The notes below the pieces were generated by a model. It was not told where the DNA came from. It searched no databases and saw only the letters and a program-made list of their open reading frames with translations. Below are positions 52,638-61,782 of a stretch of DNA of 64,000 nucleotides, piece by piece. Every line of letters begins with the position of its first letter. The first letter of the stretch is position 1. A program made the translations under genes and the position numbers. The DNA is from an uncultured Eubacteriales bacterium (GTDB taxonomy: Bacteria; Actinomycetota; Coriobacteriia; Anaerosomatales; JAAXUF01), in the NCBI GenBank assembly GCA_964521195.1, contig CAZFRE010000001.1, positions 200,239-264,238 of the forward strand, in the 5' to 3' direction.

Positions 52638-54097
52638 ACGACACGAACGGCGCCGCAGCCGGCGAAACCGCATCCGTCCCCGCCGAGAAGCCCCGCCACA
52701 AGCCATCCCGCGGTCCCCGCGTGCCCATGCCCGAGCGTGAGGCCACGGAGCGTGCGAGCGTATTCGACGAGGTCGGCTACGGCTACACGCCCGAGATGGC
52801 GCTCGAAGAGGCGATGCGCTGCCTGCAGTGCAAGAACCCGACGTGCGAGGCCGGCTGCCCGGTCAACATCGAGATCCGCGACTTCATCGGCGCGATCATC
52901 GAGGGCGACACGAAGCGCGGCGTCGAGATCATCAAGCGCCGCAACGCGCTGCCCGCGGTCTGCGGCCGCGTGTGCCCGCAGGAGACACAGTGCGAGGCCG
53001 CGTGCGTGCTCGCGAAGAAGGGCGACCCGGTGGCCATCGGCCGCCTCGAGCGGTTCCTCGGCGATTCGGACCTGGCGTGCGAACTCGACGGCCGCTGCGT
53101 CCCCGAGAAGGCCGCGCCGAGCGGCTACCGCTGTGCCGTCGTCGGCTCCGGACCAGCAGGCCTGGCGTGCGCGGGCGAACTCGCGGTGCTCGGCCACGAG
53201 GTCACCATCCTCGAGTCGCTGCACGCGCCCGGCGGCGTGCTCTCCTACGGCATCCCCGAGTTCCGGCTCCCCGAGCAGGTACTCGCGGCCGAGATCGAGA
53301 CCCTCACTGCGCTCGGCGTGACCATCCAGACCGACACCGTCGTCGGTGCGCTCGTGAGCGTGGCAGAGCTCCTGGGCGACGAGGGCTACGGCGCCGTCTT
53401 CATCGGCAGTGGCGCCGGCCTGCCGGTGTTTCTCGGCGTGCCGGGGGAGAACCTCAACGGCGTCTACTCGGCCAACGAGTTCCTCACCCGTGTGAACCTG
53501 ATGCGCGCCTACGAGTTCCCGAAGGCCGACACACCCGTGTGGCGCGGGCGGAAAGTCGCGGTCGTGGGCGGGGGCAACGTCGCGATGGATGCGGCGCGCA
53601 CGGCCCTTCGTCTGGGCGCCGAGGAGGTCTTCCTCGTCTACCGGCGCACGGAAGACGAGATGCCGGCGCGCAAGGAAGAGGTTCACCACGCGAAGGAGGA
53701 GGGTGTCGAGTTCAAGATGCTCTGCTCGCCGCAGGAGATCGTCGGTCGCGACGGCTTCGTGACCGGCATCGTCGCGACGCGGATGGAACTCACCGAGCCG
53801 GATGCGAGCGGTCGCCGCGCGCCGGTGTGCGTGATGGGCAGCGAGTTCACGATCGAGTGCGACACGGTCATCTCGGCGGTGGGAACCCGCGCGAACCCGC
53901 TGCTGGCCAAGGCGGCGCCGGAACTCGAGCTGACGAAGCGCGGCTACATCGTGGCCGACTCGGAGGGTGCGACGAACCTGCCGGGCGTGTTCGCCGGCGG
54001 TGACATCGTGACGGGAGCGGCCACGGTCATCCTCGCGATGGGTGCCGGCAAGACCGCAGCGCAGGCGATGGACCGCTGGTTGCGCGAGACTCACTGA
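52625..54097 (+). CDS. NADPH-dependent glutamate synthase small-chain-like oxidoreductase (NfnB/GltD family)
   Basis: EEAMRCLQCKNPTCEAGCPVNIEI..LPAVCGRVCPQETQCEAAC (2x[4Fe-4S]); CAVVGSGPAGLACAGEL and VAVVGGGNVAMDAART (two Rossmann motifs). Overlaps the previous gene by 13 nt. Confidence 0.88.
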   Translation: MPSVDDTNGAAAGETASVPAEKPRHKPSRGPRVPMPEREATERASVFDEVGYGYTPEMALEEAMRCLQCKNPTCEAGCPVNIEIRDFIGAIIEGDTKRGVEIIKRRNALPAVCGRVCPQETQCEAACVLAKKGDPVAIGRLERFLGDSDLACELDGRCVPEKAAPSGYRCAVVGSGPAGLACAGELAVLGHEVTILESLHAPGGVLSYGIPEFRLPEQVLAAEIETLTALGVTIQTDTVVGALVSVAELLGDEGYGAVFIGSGAGLPVFLGVPGENLNGVYSANEFLTRVNLMRAYEFPKADTPVWRGRKVAVVGGGNVAMDAARTALRLGAEEVFLVYRRTEDEMPARKEEVHHAKEEGVEFKMLCSPQEIVGRDGFVTGIVATRMELTEPDASGRRAPVCVMGSEFTIECDTVISAVGTRANPLLAKAAPELELTKRGYIVADSEGATNLPGVFAGGDIVTGAATVILAMGAGKTAAQAMDRWLRETH

Positions 54098-54242
54098 GCT
54101 GCGTCGCCTGACGCGTCGAATGACGCGCCGCAGCGCGTTCGCGTCAGTGGGCTTGGGTAGAATCCTGCTTGGACGAACGGTGCATCACGCCGTCTGTCAG
54201 GTGGTATGGTGGGATTATTCGGCAGCAACATTGGAGTGAACG

Positions 54243-54986
54243 GTGTCAGACGAACCAGTCAATGTGCTTGTCATCGACGACGACGAGGCCATCGTCGACA
54301 TGGTCCGAATGGGCCTCGAAGCTGACGGGATGCAGGTATTCTCGGCCGCGGACGGCGGGGAAGGTGTCGACGTCCTCGGCAGTGAGCGCATCGACGTCAT
54401 CCTTCTCGACATCATGATGCCGCGCGTCGACGGCTGGATGACCCTGATGGAGATCCGCAACAACCCCTCGACCGCACACATCCCGGTGATCATGGTCACG
54501 GCCAAGACCCAGGAGCTCGCGAAGGTCCTGGCGTTCAAACAGGGCGTTCAGCAGTACGTGACCAAGCCGTTCAGCATCATGGAGCTCTCCGCGCGCGTCG
54601 AGAGCCTGACGCGCACCAACCGCGCGGGCCACGGTGAGCCCTCGGGCGAGTCCGACTTCCGAAAGCTCGCGGTCCGCAAGGGCGGACGGACGGTGCTGCT
54701 CACGATCGGCGACATCATCTTCCTGTCGGCGCGCAACAAGTCGACATACGCGCACACCTACGAGAACCAGTATCTCGTCGACATGACCCTCGGCGAGCTG
54801 GAAGGCAAGATGGCGCGCGAGGCGTTCTCGCGGGTGCACCGCAGTTACCTCGTGAATCTCAACAAGGTCAAAGAGATCCTGCGCGTGGACGGCTGCTACG
54901 TCGTCGTGGCATCCGATCGAGACGAGACGCACATTCCGGTGGCGCGGCGTCAGGTTCGCGCATTCAGAGAGGCGGTGGGCATCTGA
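54243..54986 (+). CDS. Response regulator with LytTR DNA-binding domain (LytR/AlgR/AgrA family); no adjacent histidine kinase
   Basis: Receiver: VLVIDDDEAIVDMV..DVILLDIMMPRVDGW..PVIMVTAK. LytTR: GRTVLLTIGDIIFLSARNKSTYAHT..FSRVHRSYLVNLNKVKEI..IPVARRQVRAF. Start is GTG 54243. Confidence 0.9.
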   Translation: MSDEPVNVLVIDDDEAIVDMVRMGLEADGMQVFSAADGGEGVDVLGSERIDVILLDIMMPRVDGWMTLMEIRNNPSTAHIPVIMVTAKTQELAKVLAFKQGVQQYVTKPFSIMELSARVESLTRTNRAGHGEPSGESDFRKLAVRKGGRTVLLTIGDIIFLSARNKSTYAHTYENQYLVDMTLGELEGKMAREAFSRVHRSYLVNLNKVKEILRVDGCYVVVASDRDETHIPVARRQVRAFREAVGI

Positions 54987-56026
54987 TGGTCCTGTGGCCC
55001 AGAGCGGTGAAGCGGTCCCTGTTCGTGCTGGCGTTGTCGTGTGCGCTCGCCGCATCACCTGCCATCGCGTTCGCCACGAGGACGATCGGACTGTCGTCCG
55101 GGACGTTCAGCTTCGAAGTACCGGAGTCCGGCGAGCTGACGGGATCGGTCGTCGTGAGCTCGGAGGGCGATGAGGCGATCAAGGTCATGGTCTACGCGGC
55201 GGACCAGAAGATCGATGACAAGGGGAATGTCAGCTACGTCGCCCCCACGCGCGCGGACATCAACTCGCTCGGTAACCCGTCGTCCTGGGTCAAGATCAAC
55301 ATGCCCGCGGACAGCAAGTCCATCGGCAACGTCCCGTATCTCGAGCTTGCGGCGGGCGAGAAGGTGCCCATCAAGTTCGCGCTTTCCGTGCCCAAAGACA
55401 CCACGCCGGGTGACCACAACGTCCTCATCTTCTTCGAGTCGTTCGATCTGCCCGAGGGCGGTGGCTCGCAGTCGGTGATCTCGGGGCGGCTCGGCGCACG
55501 CATCCAGCTCAAGGTGCCGGGCGAGCGCTTCAAGAAGATCGAAGTCCGCCCGTTCAACGTCCCTGCGTTCGTCATGAACGGCGAGGTGCCCTACGACTTC
55601 ACCACCATGAACCAGGGCAACACCGATGTCAGGGTGGGCGCGCGCATCCTGTTCCTCGACCGTAACGGCAACACCGTCGCCGAGCAGACGCCTATCAACG
55701 GGCGCACGCTGTTCGCCGGCAGCAACACGCTCTCGACGGGCACGGTGCTGGCCCAGGGCTTCGCCGTGGGTCCGCACAAGGTACGGCTCGACCTCACCGA
55801 GGTCGACGACGAAGGCAAGGCGGTCAACCAGGGGGCCGACACGATCACGCAGGAGAAGACCGTCTGGCTCATTCCGCTGTGGCTCATCATCGCCGCGGGG
55901 GCATTCGTGGTGATCGTGCTGGTGCGCGTGATCTGGTCCGCCGCTGCCCGCAGCACGCGACGCAAGGCCCAGCGTGAAGAGGAAGCGATGCGCGCCGAAG
56001 CGTTAAAGCAGGAGGGCGACGCGTAG
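54986..56026 (+). CDS. Membrane-anchored cell-surface protein with DUF916/DUF3324-like (CscA-like) architecture
   Basis: The start ATG overlaps the regulator's stop (TGATG). Signal peptide KRSLFVLALSCALAASPAIAFA. Two beta-rich modules (FSFEVPESGELTGSVVVSSEGDEAIKVMVYAADQKIDDKGNVSYV..PGDHNVLIFFESF; RLGARIQLKVPG..VRVGARILFLDRNGN..GPHKVRLDL). C-terminal TM helix LIPLWLIIAAGAFVVIVLV, then a charged tail. The family assignment is by architecture and motif resemblance only. Confidence 0.6.
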   Translation: MVLWPRAVKRSLFVLALSCALAASPAIAFATRTIGLSSGTFSFEVPESGELTGSVVVSSEGDEAIKVMVYAADQKIDDKGNVSYVAPTRADINSLGNPSSWVKINMPADSKSIGNVPYLELAAGEKVPIKFALSVPKDTTPGDHNVLIFFESFDLPEGGGSQSVISGRLGARIQLKVPGERFKKIEVRPFNVPAFVMNGEVPYDFTTMNQGNTDVRVGARILFLDRNGNTVAEQTPINGRTLFAGSNTLSTGTVLAQGFAVGPHKVRLDLTEVDDEGKAVNQGADTITQEKTVWLIPLWLIIAAGAFVVIVLVRVIWSAAARSTRRKAQREEEAMRAEALKQEGDA

Positions 56027-56073
56027 GAGGAGATACGTCCTGAGAGTGCTGTCCCCATCGTTGAACGGCAAAC

Positions 56074-56106
56074 AGAAAGCCCCGGGCGAATCGCCCGGGG
56101 CTTTCT
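56074..56106. terminator. Bidirectional intrinsic terminator between convergent genes
   Basis: Perfect 16+16-nt palindrome AGAAAGCCCCGGGCGA-A-TCGCCCGGGGCTTTCT between the stops at 56026 (+) and 56128 (-). Confidence 0.8.
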
Positions 56107-56127
56107 TGTGACCGTGTAGCGGCGGTA

Positions 56128-56571
56128 CTAGTTCTGCGTTGCGGTGTAGACGACCGTGGCGGTGTGGGCGCCCGGAGCGCAGTCCCACGGCACGTCCAGC
56201 GTGTAGTCGTCGGTGTAGTCGCGGGACGCGGTCTTCGTCTCGCCAGTGACGTCCGTGAAGCTCGTGGAAAGGCCGATCGGGGTTGCGTCGGTGATCGACT
56301 TGGTCAGGTCGTACGCCTTGTTCGACTTGACGTTGAGGCCGACCGACTTGCTGCCGTACGAGCTGCCCGGATCGACGGTACCGAAGTCGACGGTCTGGAC
56401 GCCGGGGTCGGTGGTCGTGATCGTCAGCGTCAGCTTGGAGTTGACGTTGGCGTTCACCGTGACGGTGCCGGGGTCACCGCTGGCATACGTGGCAACGTCG
56501 GCGCTCGCGACGGAGACGGCGCTGAGGAGCAGGGCGACTGCGAGGGCAGCCAAGATCATGGTCTTCTTCAC
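56128..56571 (-). CDS. Small secreted beta-rich protein homologous to the C-terminal domain of the 914-aa surface protein (WxL-like role, no W-x-L motif)
   Basis: GGAGGGA lies upstream of GTG 56571. Signal peptide MKKTMILAALAVALLLSAVSVASA. The mature part contains KLTLTITT..VDFGTVDPGSS and ends YTLDVPWDCAPGAHTATVVYTATQN. Confidence 0.75.
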   Translation of the reverse strand: MKKTMILAALAVALLLSAVSVASADVATYASGDPGTVTVNANVNSKLTLTITTTDPGVQTVDFGTVDPGSSYGSKSVGLNVKSNKAYDLTKSITDATPIGLSTSFTDVTGETKTASRDYTDDYTLDVPWDCAPGAHTATVVYTATQN

Positions 56572-56688
56572 TTCGATCCCTCCATAATTCCGGTTTGAAT
56601 GACCTTCGCCTTAAGTTGGGACCGATTGGCCCAGTTCCTCCGGCTATCCATTTCTCGGTACACGTGATGTGCGTCATGACGGCTTTGC

Positions 56689-56718
56689 GACGAACGGCAG
56701 ATATCGTCAGACGAACGG
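56689..56718 (-). promoter_or_regulatory. Tandem 9-bp direct repeat with a 12-bp spacer (LytTR-box-like)
   Basis: GACGAACGG (56689-56697), CAGATATCGTCA, GACGAACGG (56710-56718). On the minus strand each unit reads CCGTTCGTC. It lies in the 377-bp divergent intergenic region, 118 nt upstream of the small secreted protein's start. Confidence 0.55.
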
Positions 56719-56948
56719 GGATAGTTGCGGGGTCGATCCCCAGACCGCCCGGTTGGCGTGAGACTCTCGATCTGCTGCATCAGGCGCCTCGACTTGCATG
56801 AGTTGGAAGCGTTTGTGCTTTAGCACTCCACTCAAAGCCCGCAATAGCCGATGATAGAACCGAACGTGCACCTAACGGCGCGCGTACTTGCGTATAGGCG
56901 CAATCGGATAGAGCGCCCGATCGCAAACCGGGAAGGGACTGCGGGGCA

Positions 56949-59693
56949 GTGGGGCTGGCCGTGACAACGGGACGCGGGAGAGCTGTGCGCAGCGGCGCAT
57001 GGGCCATCGGGCTCATGGGCGCGCTGTGCGCCGTCGCGCTGCTGGTGGCGCCGGTTCCCGCTCGCGCGCTCGGGCCGAATGCGGTCCGCAACCCGACCGG
57101 GGCGATGGCGACCCAGGTCACGCCTGCCGACGACACGAGCAACCTTGTCGTCGATCTGCCGTTCGAGATGAACTGGAACGGGACCCCGTTCAGCCAGATC
57201 TACATCAACATGAACGGCAACTGCACATTCGGAAACACATTCACCGAGTGGGATCCGAACCCGACGCTCGCCTCTCGGAACCGCAACATCATGGCGCCCT
57301 TCTGGGCTGACGTCGACACGCGCAACGCCGCGTCAGGCAAGCTGTGGTACAGCGATGTCACGAATCCCCCATTGGTGGACGGGCATGAAGCGTTCATCGT
57401 CACGTGGAACGGCGTTGCTCGCTACAACAACACGGCCACACCGCTCGACTACTTCCAGCTCGTGCTGATCGATCGATCCGACATCGCCACCGGGGACTTC
57501 GATTTCGAGTTCAACTACGACCAGATGTTGTGGGATCGCGGAACGGCCGCGTCGACGGGGTATGCGAGGGCCGGCTGGGCGATCAACGGCGGCGCGTCCT
57601 ACGAGTTGCCGGGTGCCAACTCCAGCGGAGCACTTCTGGACAGCGGTGCCGCCTCGACCTCGCTCATCAAGAACTCGTTGAACTCCGGCGGGCAGCTCGG
57701 CCGGTACGTCTGGCAGGTGCGCAACGGTTCGCCGCCCGTGACCGCCCGTACGATCACCGTCACGGACCGGACGCTCGAGGGCAACACCAGGGGTGCGTAC
57801 GCCGTCTACACCGGGGTCGGCGACTACACGGCAGACACCGGTGTGCAGAGCATCACGACATCGCCGTCGCTTCCTGCAACGCTGCCGCTCGGCACGCACA
57901 CGATCGAGTGGACGGCCCTCTTCGCCGGGGGGATCACCGCAACTGCGACACAGGGCGTCGTCGTGACCGACACGACGCCGCCGTCCGCGCCGATCGTGAC
58001 GAGCTCCACACACACCGCGGGAACCTGGACGAACGTGCCGACTGTCACGGTGACCTCGGTCAACTCGACCGACCTGTGCTCGGGCATGCAGGATGCGCGC
58101 TACTCGTGGACGCTCGATGCGCCGGGCGCGGCGGATACCGCGGCATCGACTACCGTGGCGACGACGACGATCACGACCACGACGACGGTCGAGTCTCAGG
58201 ACTTCTCGGCGGGGACCTGGCCCGCTGACTGGGTCCGGAGCGGGGACACCGGGTTCGCCCGCTTGTCCGCGACACGGTTCCACCTCGAGGCCAACGGCGC
58301 CGAGGTGTACGACGACAACAACAACAACACCCGACGTACGGTGACTTTCGCGAAGACGTTCGACCTGAGCGCATACGACAGCGCCACCATCTCGTTCTGG
58401 GACAACCGGTCGGCCTTCTCCAGCGCCGCAGACTACAAGCGCGTCCGCTACTCCACGAACGGCGGCGGCTCGTGGACGAACATCTACAACGTGACCGGCG
58501 CACAGGCCACCGCGCAGGGCTGGCTACAACAGGGCTCCACGCTGCCGACGGCGGCGGCCGTGATCGTCCAGTTCACCGGCAGCGTGAACGCGGCCACCGA
58601 GTACGTGAACTGGGACGAGATCCTTATCCAGGGCGTGGAGTACGACACCGACCGGCATCTGCAGTCCACCGAGACCACCGAGCTGCCGGACGGGACGTGG
58701 TATTACAACCTCCAGACGCGAGACGTGGCCGGCAACTGGTCGACGGCAGGCACCTTCGGGCCCGTGCGCATCGATCGCTACCCGCCGCTGACGACCGACG
58801 ATGCACCGGGCACGTGGGCGACAGCTCCCGTCACCGTCTCGCTGACGGCGACCGATGCGGGCAGCGGCGTTGCGGGAACGCGCTACCGGGTCAACAGCAG
58901 TGCCGTCACCAGCTACACCGCGCCGTTCGTCATCTCGCTCGAGCAGACGAACACGCTGTACTACCAGTCAGTGGACAACCGGGGCAACTGGGAGGCCACC
59001 AAGTCGGTGAGCGTCCGAATCGACGCAGAACCGCCTACCGTGCCGACGTCGTTCACCGCGAGCGCTGCGACGACCACGAGCGTCGACATGTCATGGAACC
59101 CGTCGACCGATACCACCTCCGGCCTGTCGCACTATCGCATCTACCGTGACGGGTCGTTCGTGGCGACGTCGGGCGCCACCACCTACGTGCTGTCGGGACT
59201 GACCGCCAGCCAGACCTACACCTTCAACGTCGCCGCGGTGGATGTGGCCGGCAATATCTCGGCACTCTCGACCACCGAGACGGTGACCATGCCGCAGTCG
59301 CAACTCTGGATGACGATCGAGCCGACTTCCGTGAGCCTGGGCACCATGGATCCGGGTGACACCGCGACACTGACCCAGGCGACGACGATCACGGTGGGTG
59401 GCGTGGGCAGCTTCGACTACACGCTTTCGACGTACAGCGAGGACTTCACCGCAGTCACCTCAGCGGCGCCCGTTCCGACGATGACGGTGAGTGCGCTCTC
59501 GTACCAGATGTACGGCTCCGGCACACAGCCGTGGACCCCGTTCACGACGACAAGCCAAGATATCGCGACCGGCACAGGTATCAGCGACGTGTGGTCGCAC
59601 CCGTACTACTTCGACTTCAGGCTCGCGACGCCCTGGGACGCGTCACCCGGCACCTACACCTCGCGGGTGACCTACACGGTCGTCGCGAACTAG
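56949..59693 (+). CDS. Large secreted multidomain surface protein (NIDO-like, HYR-like, Ig/FN3 domains, C-terminal domain shared with the 147-aa protein)
   Basis: Signal peptide AWAIGLMGALCAVALLVAPVPARA. NIDO-like: FSQIYINMNGNCTFG..NIMAPFWADVDTR..AFIVTWNGVARYNN..YFQLVLIDRS..FEFNYDQMLWD..GRYVWQVRNG. HYR-like: LPLGTHTIEWTA..VVVTDTTPP. FN3: PTSFTASAATTTSVDMSWNPSTD..SHYRIYRDG..LTASQTYTFNVAAVDVAGN. It ends FRLATPWDASPGTYTSRVTYTVVAN. The start (GTG 56949) is uncertain. Confidence 0.8.
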   Translation: MGLAVTTGRGRAVRSGAWAIGLMGALCAVALLVAPVPARALGPNAVRNPTGAMATQVTPADDTSNLVVDLPFEMNWNGTPFSQIYINMNGNCTFGNTFTEWDPNPTLASRNRNIMAPFWADVDTRNAASGKLWYSDVTNPPLVDGHEAFIVTWNGVARYNNTATPLDYFQLVLIDRSDIATGDFDFEFNYDQMLWDRGTAASTGYARAGWAINGGASYELPGANSSGALLDSGAASTSLIKNSLNSGGQLGRYVWQVRNGSPPVTARTITVTDRTLEGNTRGAYAVYTGVGDYTADTGVQSITTSPSLPATLPLGTHTIEWTALFAGGITATATQGVVVTDTTPPSAPIVTSSTHTAGTWTNVPTVTVTSVNSTDLCSGMQDARYSWTLDAPGAADTAASTTVATTTITTTTTVESQDFSAGTWPADWVRSGDTGFARLSATRFHLEANGAEVYDDNNNNTRRTVTFAKTFDLSAYDSATISFWDNRSAFSSAADYKRVRYSTNGGGSWTNIYNVTGAQATAQGWLQQGSTLPTAAAVIVQFTGSVNAATEYVNWDEILIQGVEYDTDRHLQSTETTELPDGTWYYNLQTRDVAGNWSTAGTFGPVRIDRYPPLTTDDAPGTWATAPVTVSLTATDAGSGVAGTRYRVNSSAVTSYTAPFVISLEQTNTLYYQSVDNRGNWEATKSVSVRIDAEPPTVPTSFTASAATTTSVDMSWNPSTDTTSGLSHYRIYRDGSFVATSGATTYVLSGLTASQTYTFNVAAVDVAGNISALSTTETVTMPQSQLWMTIEPTSVSLGTMDPGDTATLTQATTITVGGVGSFDYTLSTYSEDFTAVTSAAPVPTMTVSALSYQMYGSGTQPWTPFTTTSQDIATGTGISDVWSHPYYFDFRLATPWDASPGTYTSRVTYTVVAN

Positions 59694-59721
59694 CGACGAC
59701 GCCCGACCGTCGGCGTCGTCG

Positions 59722-61086
59722 TCAGTTGCGCAGGCTCTGCAGCGGGGCAGGGAAGCGCCCGCCCCGGCGCGCGAAGACGGTACCCGCCCACTGGTTGACC
59801 GCCATGACCGGCGCCTCGCCGAGCAACCCGCCAAACCGCACGCGGTCGCCCACGCTCTTGCCCACCGCAGGGATGAGGCGCACGGCGGTCGTCTTGGAGT
59901 TGATGACGCCGATGGCGCACTCGTCGGCGATGATGCCGGCGATCGTCTCGGGCGTCGTGTCGCCGGGGATCGCGATCATGTCGAGGCCGACCGAGCACAC
60001 TGCGGTCATCGCCTCGAGCTTCTCGATGGACAGCGCGCCCGTCTCGGCGGCGCGGATCATGCCTTGGTCCTCGCTGACGGGGATGAAGGCGCCTGAGAGG
60101 CCGCCGATCGAGCTGGTGCCCATGGCCCCGCCCTTCTTGACCGCGTCGTTGAGCAGCGCGAGCGCGGCGGTCGTGCCGGGCCCGCCGCAGCGGCCCACAC
60201 CCATGGCCTCGATGATCTCGGCGACGGAATCGCCCTCGGCGGGCGTGGGGGCGAGCGAGAGGTCGACGATGCCCATCGCCACGCCAAGTCGCGCGGCGGC
60301 CTCGCGGGCGACGAGCTCGCCGACGCGCGTGATCTTGAACGAGGTGGCCTTGATCGCCTCGGCGATCGCGGTCATGTCGGCGTCCTTGGGCAGCGCGTCG
60401 ACGATGGCGCGCACGACGCCCGGGCCGGAGATGCCGACGTTGACGACGGCGGCGGGCTCACCATAGCCGTGGACGGCGCCGGCCATGAACGGGTTGTCCT
60501 CGACCATATTGGCGAAGGTGACGAGCTTCGCGCAGCCGATCGAGTCGCGGTCGGCCGTGAGACGGGCACATTCCTTCATCGTCTCGGCCATCGTCATGAC
60601 GGCGTCCATGTTGATGCCGGCACGCGTGGTGGCGACGTTGACGCTCGCGCAGACGCGTTCCGTGGTCGCGAGCGCTTCCGGGATCGACGCGATGAGGCGG
60701 CGCGCCCCGTCGCCGACACCCTTGTGTGTGAGCGCTGAAAAGCCGCCGAGGAAGTCGACGCCGACCTCGCAGGCCGCACGGTCGAGCGCGCGGGCGATGG
60801 GCGTGACGTCCTCGGTCGATGCCGCCGCGGCGAGGCTTGCGACCGGCGTGACCGAGATGCGCTTGTTGCAGATGGGGATGCCGTACTCGCGCTCGATCTG
60901 CTCGGTGACCGGGAGGAGGCGCTCGGCGCTACGCGTGACGTGCTCGTAGACACGGGCGGCCATGACCTCGACGTCGGAGTCGGCGCAGCCGGCAAGTGAC
61001 AGTCCGAGCGTGACCGTTCGGATGTCGAGGTTCTGCTGCGTGACCATCGTCAGTGTCTCGACGACCTCTTCGGGGGTGATTCGCAC
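59722..61086 (-). CDS. PFL-like UPF0210 family protein (DUF711)
   Basis: [57 protein letters not shown] is the typical UPF0210 sequence. Confidence 0.85.
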   Translation of the reverse strand: MRITPEEVVETLTMVTQQNLDIRTVTLGLSLAGCADSDVEVMAARVYEHVTRSAERLLPVTEQIEREYGIPICNKRISVTPVASLAAAASTEDVTPIARALDRAACEVGVDFLGGFSALTHKGVGDGARRLIASIPEALATTERVCASVNVATTRAGINMDAVMTMAETMKECARLTADRDSIGCAKLVTFANMVEDNPFMAGAVHGYGEPAAVVNVGISGPGVVRAIVDALPKDADMTAIAEAIKATSFKITRVGELVAREAAARLGVAMGIVDLSLAPTPAEGDSVAEIIEAMGVGRCGGPGTTAALALLNDAVKKGGAMGTSSIGGLSGAFIPVSEDQGMIRAAETGALSIEKLEAMTAVCSVGLDMIAIPGDTTPETIAGIIADECAIGVINSKTTAVRLIPAVGKSVGDRVRFGGLLGEAPVMAVNQWAGTVFARRGGRFPAPLQSLRN

Positions 61087-61145
61087 GAAACGTCCTCCTC
61101 GGCGGGGTGAGCGGGTGGGGTGGAGCGGGCGCTGCGGGACGGCGG

Positions 61146-61421
61146 CTAGATGCGGTGCATGAAGCGGAAGACGTCCTCGCGCTGGAGCGTGATCTGCATG
61201 CCGAGCTCCTCGCCGACCTCGGCCAGGCGGCGCTGGACCTCGTCGAAGGGCGTGCTGTCCTCGTCGACGGTCACGAGCATCGTCATCGAGAAGATGCCGC
61301 CCAGGATCGTCTGGCGGATATCCTCGATGTTGGCGTGTGACTCGGCCAGCACGTTGGACACCTTGGCGACGATACCGACCTGGTCCTCTCCGAGAACCGA
61401 CAGGATCGTGGGGGTGCGCAT
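61146..61421 (-). CDS. ACT domain-containing protein (UPF0237 family), usual partner of UPF0210
   Basis: GAGGAAGGA lies upstream of ATG 61421. [49 protein letters not shown]. Confidence 0.85.
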   Translation of the reverse strand: MRTPTILSVLGEDQVGIVAKVSNVLAESHANIEDIRQTILGGIFSMTMLVTVDEDSTPFDEVQRRLAEVGEELGMQITLQREDVFRFMHRI

Positions 61422-61572
61422 GGTGCGTCCTTCCTCGAAGACGGTGGCGAGCGGGGCGCGTCTCGCGCTCACAGCGCCCTCAGTGGCGGGCGTATACTCC
61501 GTTATACCGCAGGACACGCCGCGCGGGGTGTGATTCGACTCGGCGGCATCACGGCGAGAGGCGCAGCGCACG

Positions 61573-61782
61573 ATGGCGGTTCCGATAACCCCGGTCTCAC
61601 TCGGCGACGTCGTGCGCCTGAAGAAGGCTCACCCGTGCGGGACCAACGAGTGGGAGATCGTGCGCGTCGGCGCTGATATCGGGCTCAAGTGCCGGGGGTG
61701 CGACCGGCGGGTCATGCTCGTGCGCTCCGAGTTCGACCGCCGCTTCCGCGGGTTCATTGAGCGGCCGGGTGCTCCGGAGTAG
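61573..61782 (+). CDS. DUF951 family small protein
   Basis: LGDVVRLKKAHPCGTNEWEIVRVGADIGLKCRGCDRRVMLVRSEFDRRF is the DUF951 signature with CxxxxxW and CxxC. Confidence 0.85.
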   Translation: MAVPITPVSLGDVVRLKKAHPCGTNEWEIVRVGADIGLKCRGCDRRVMLVRSEFDRRFRGFIERPGAPE

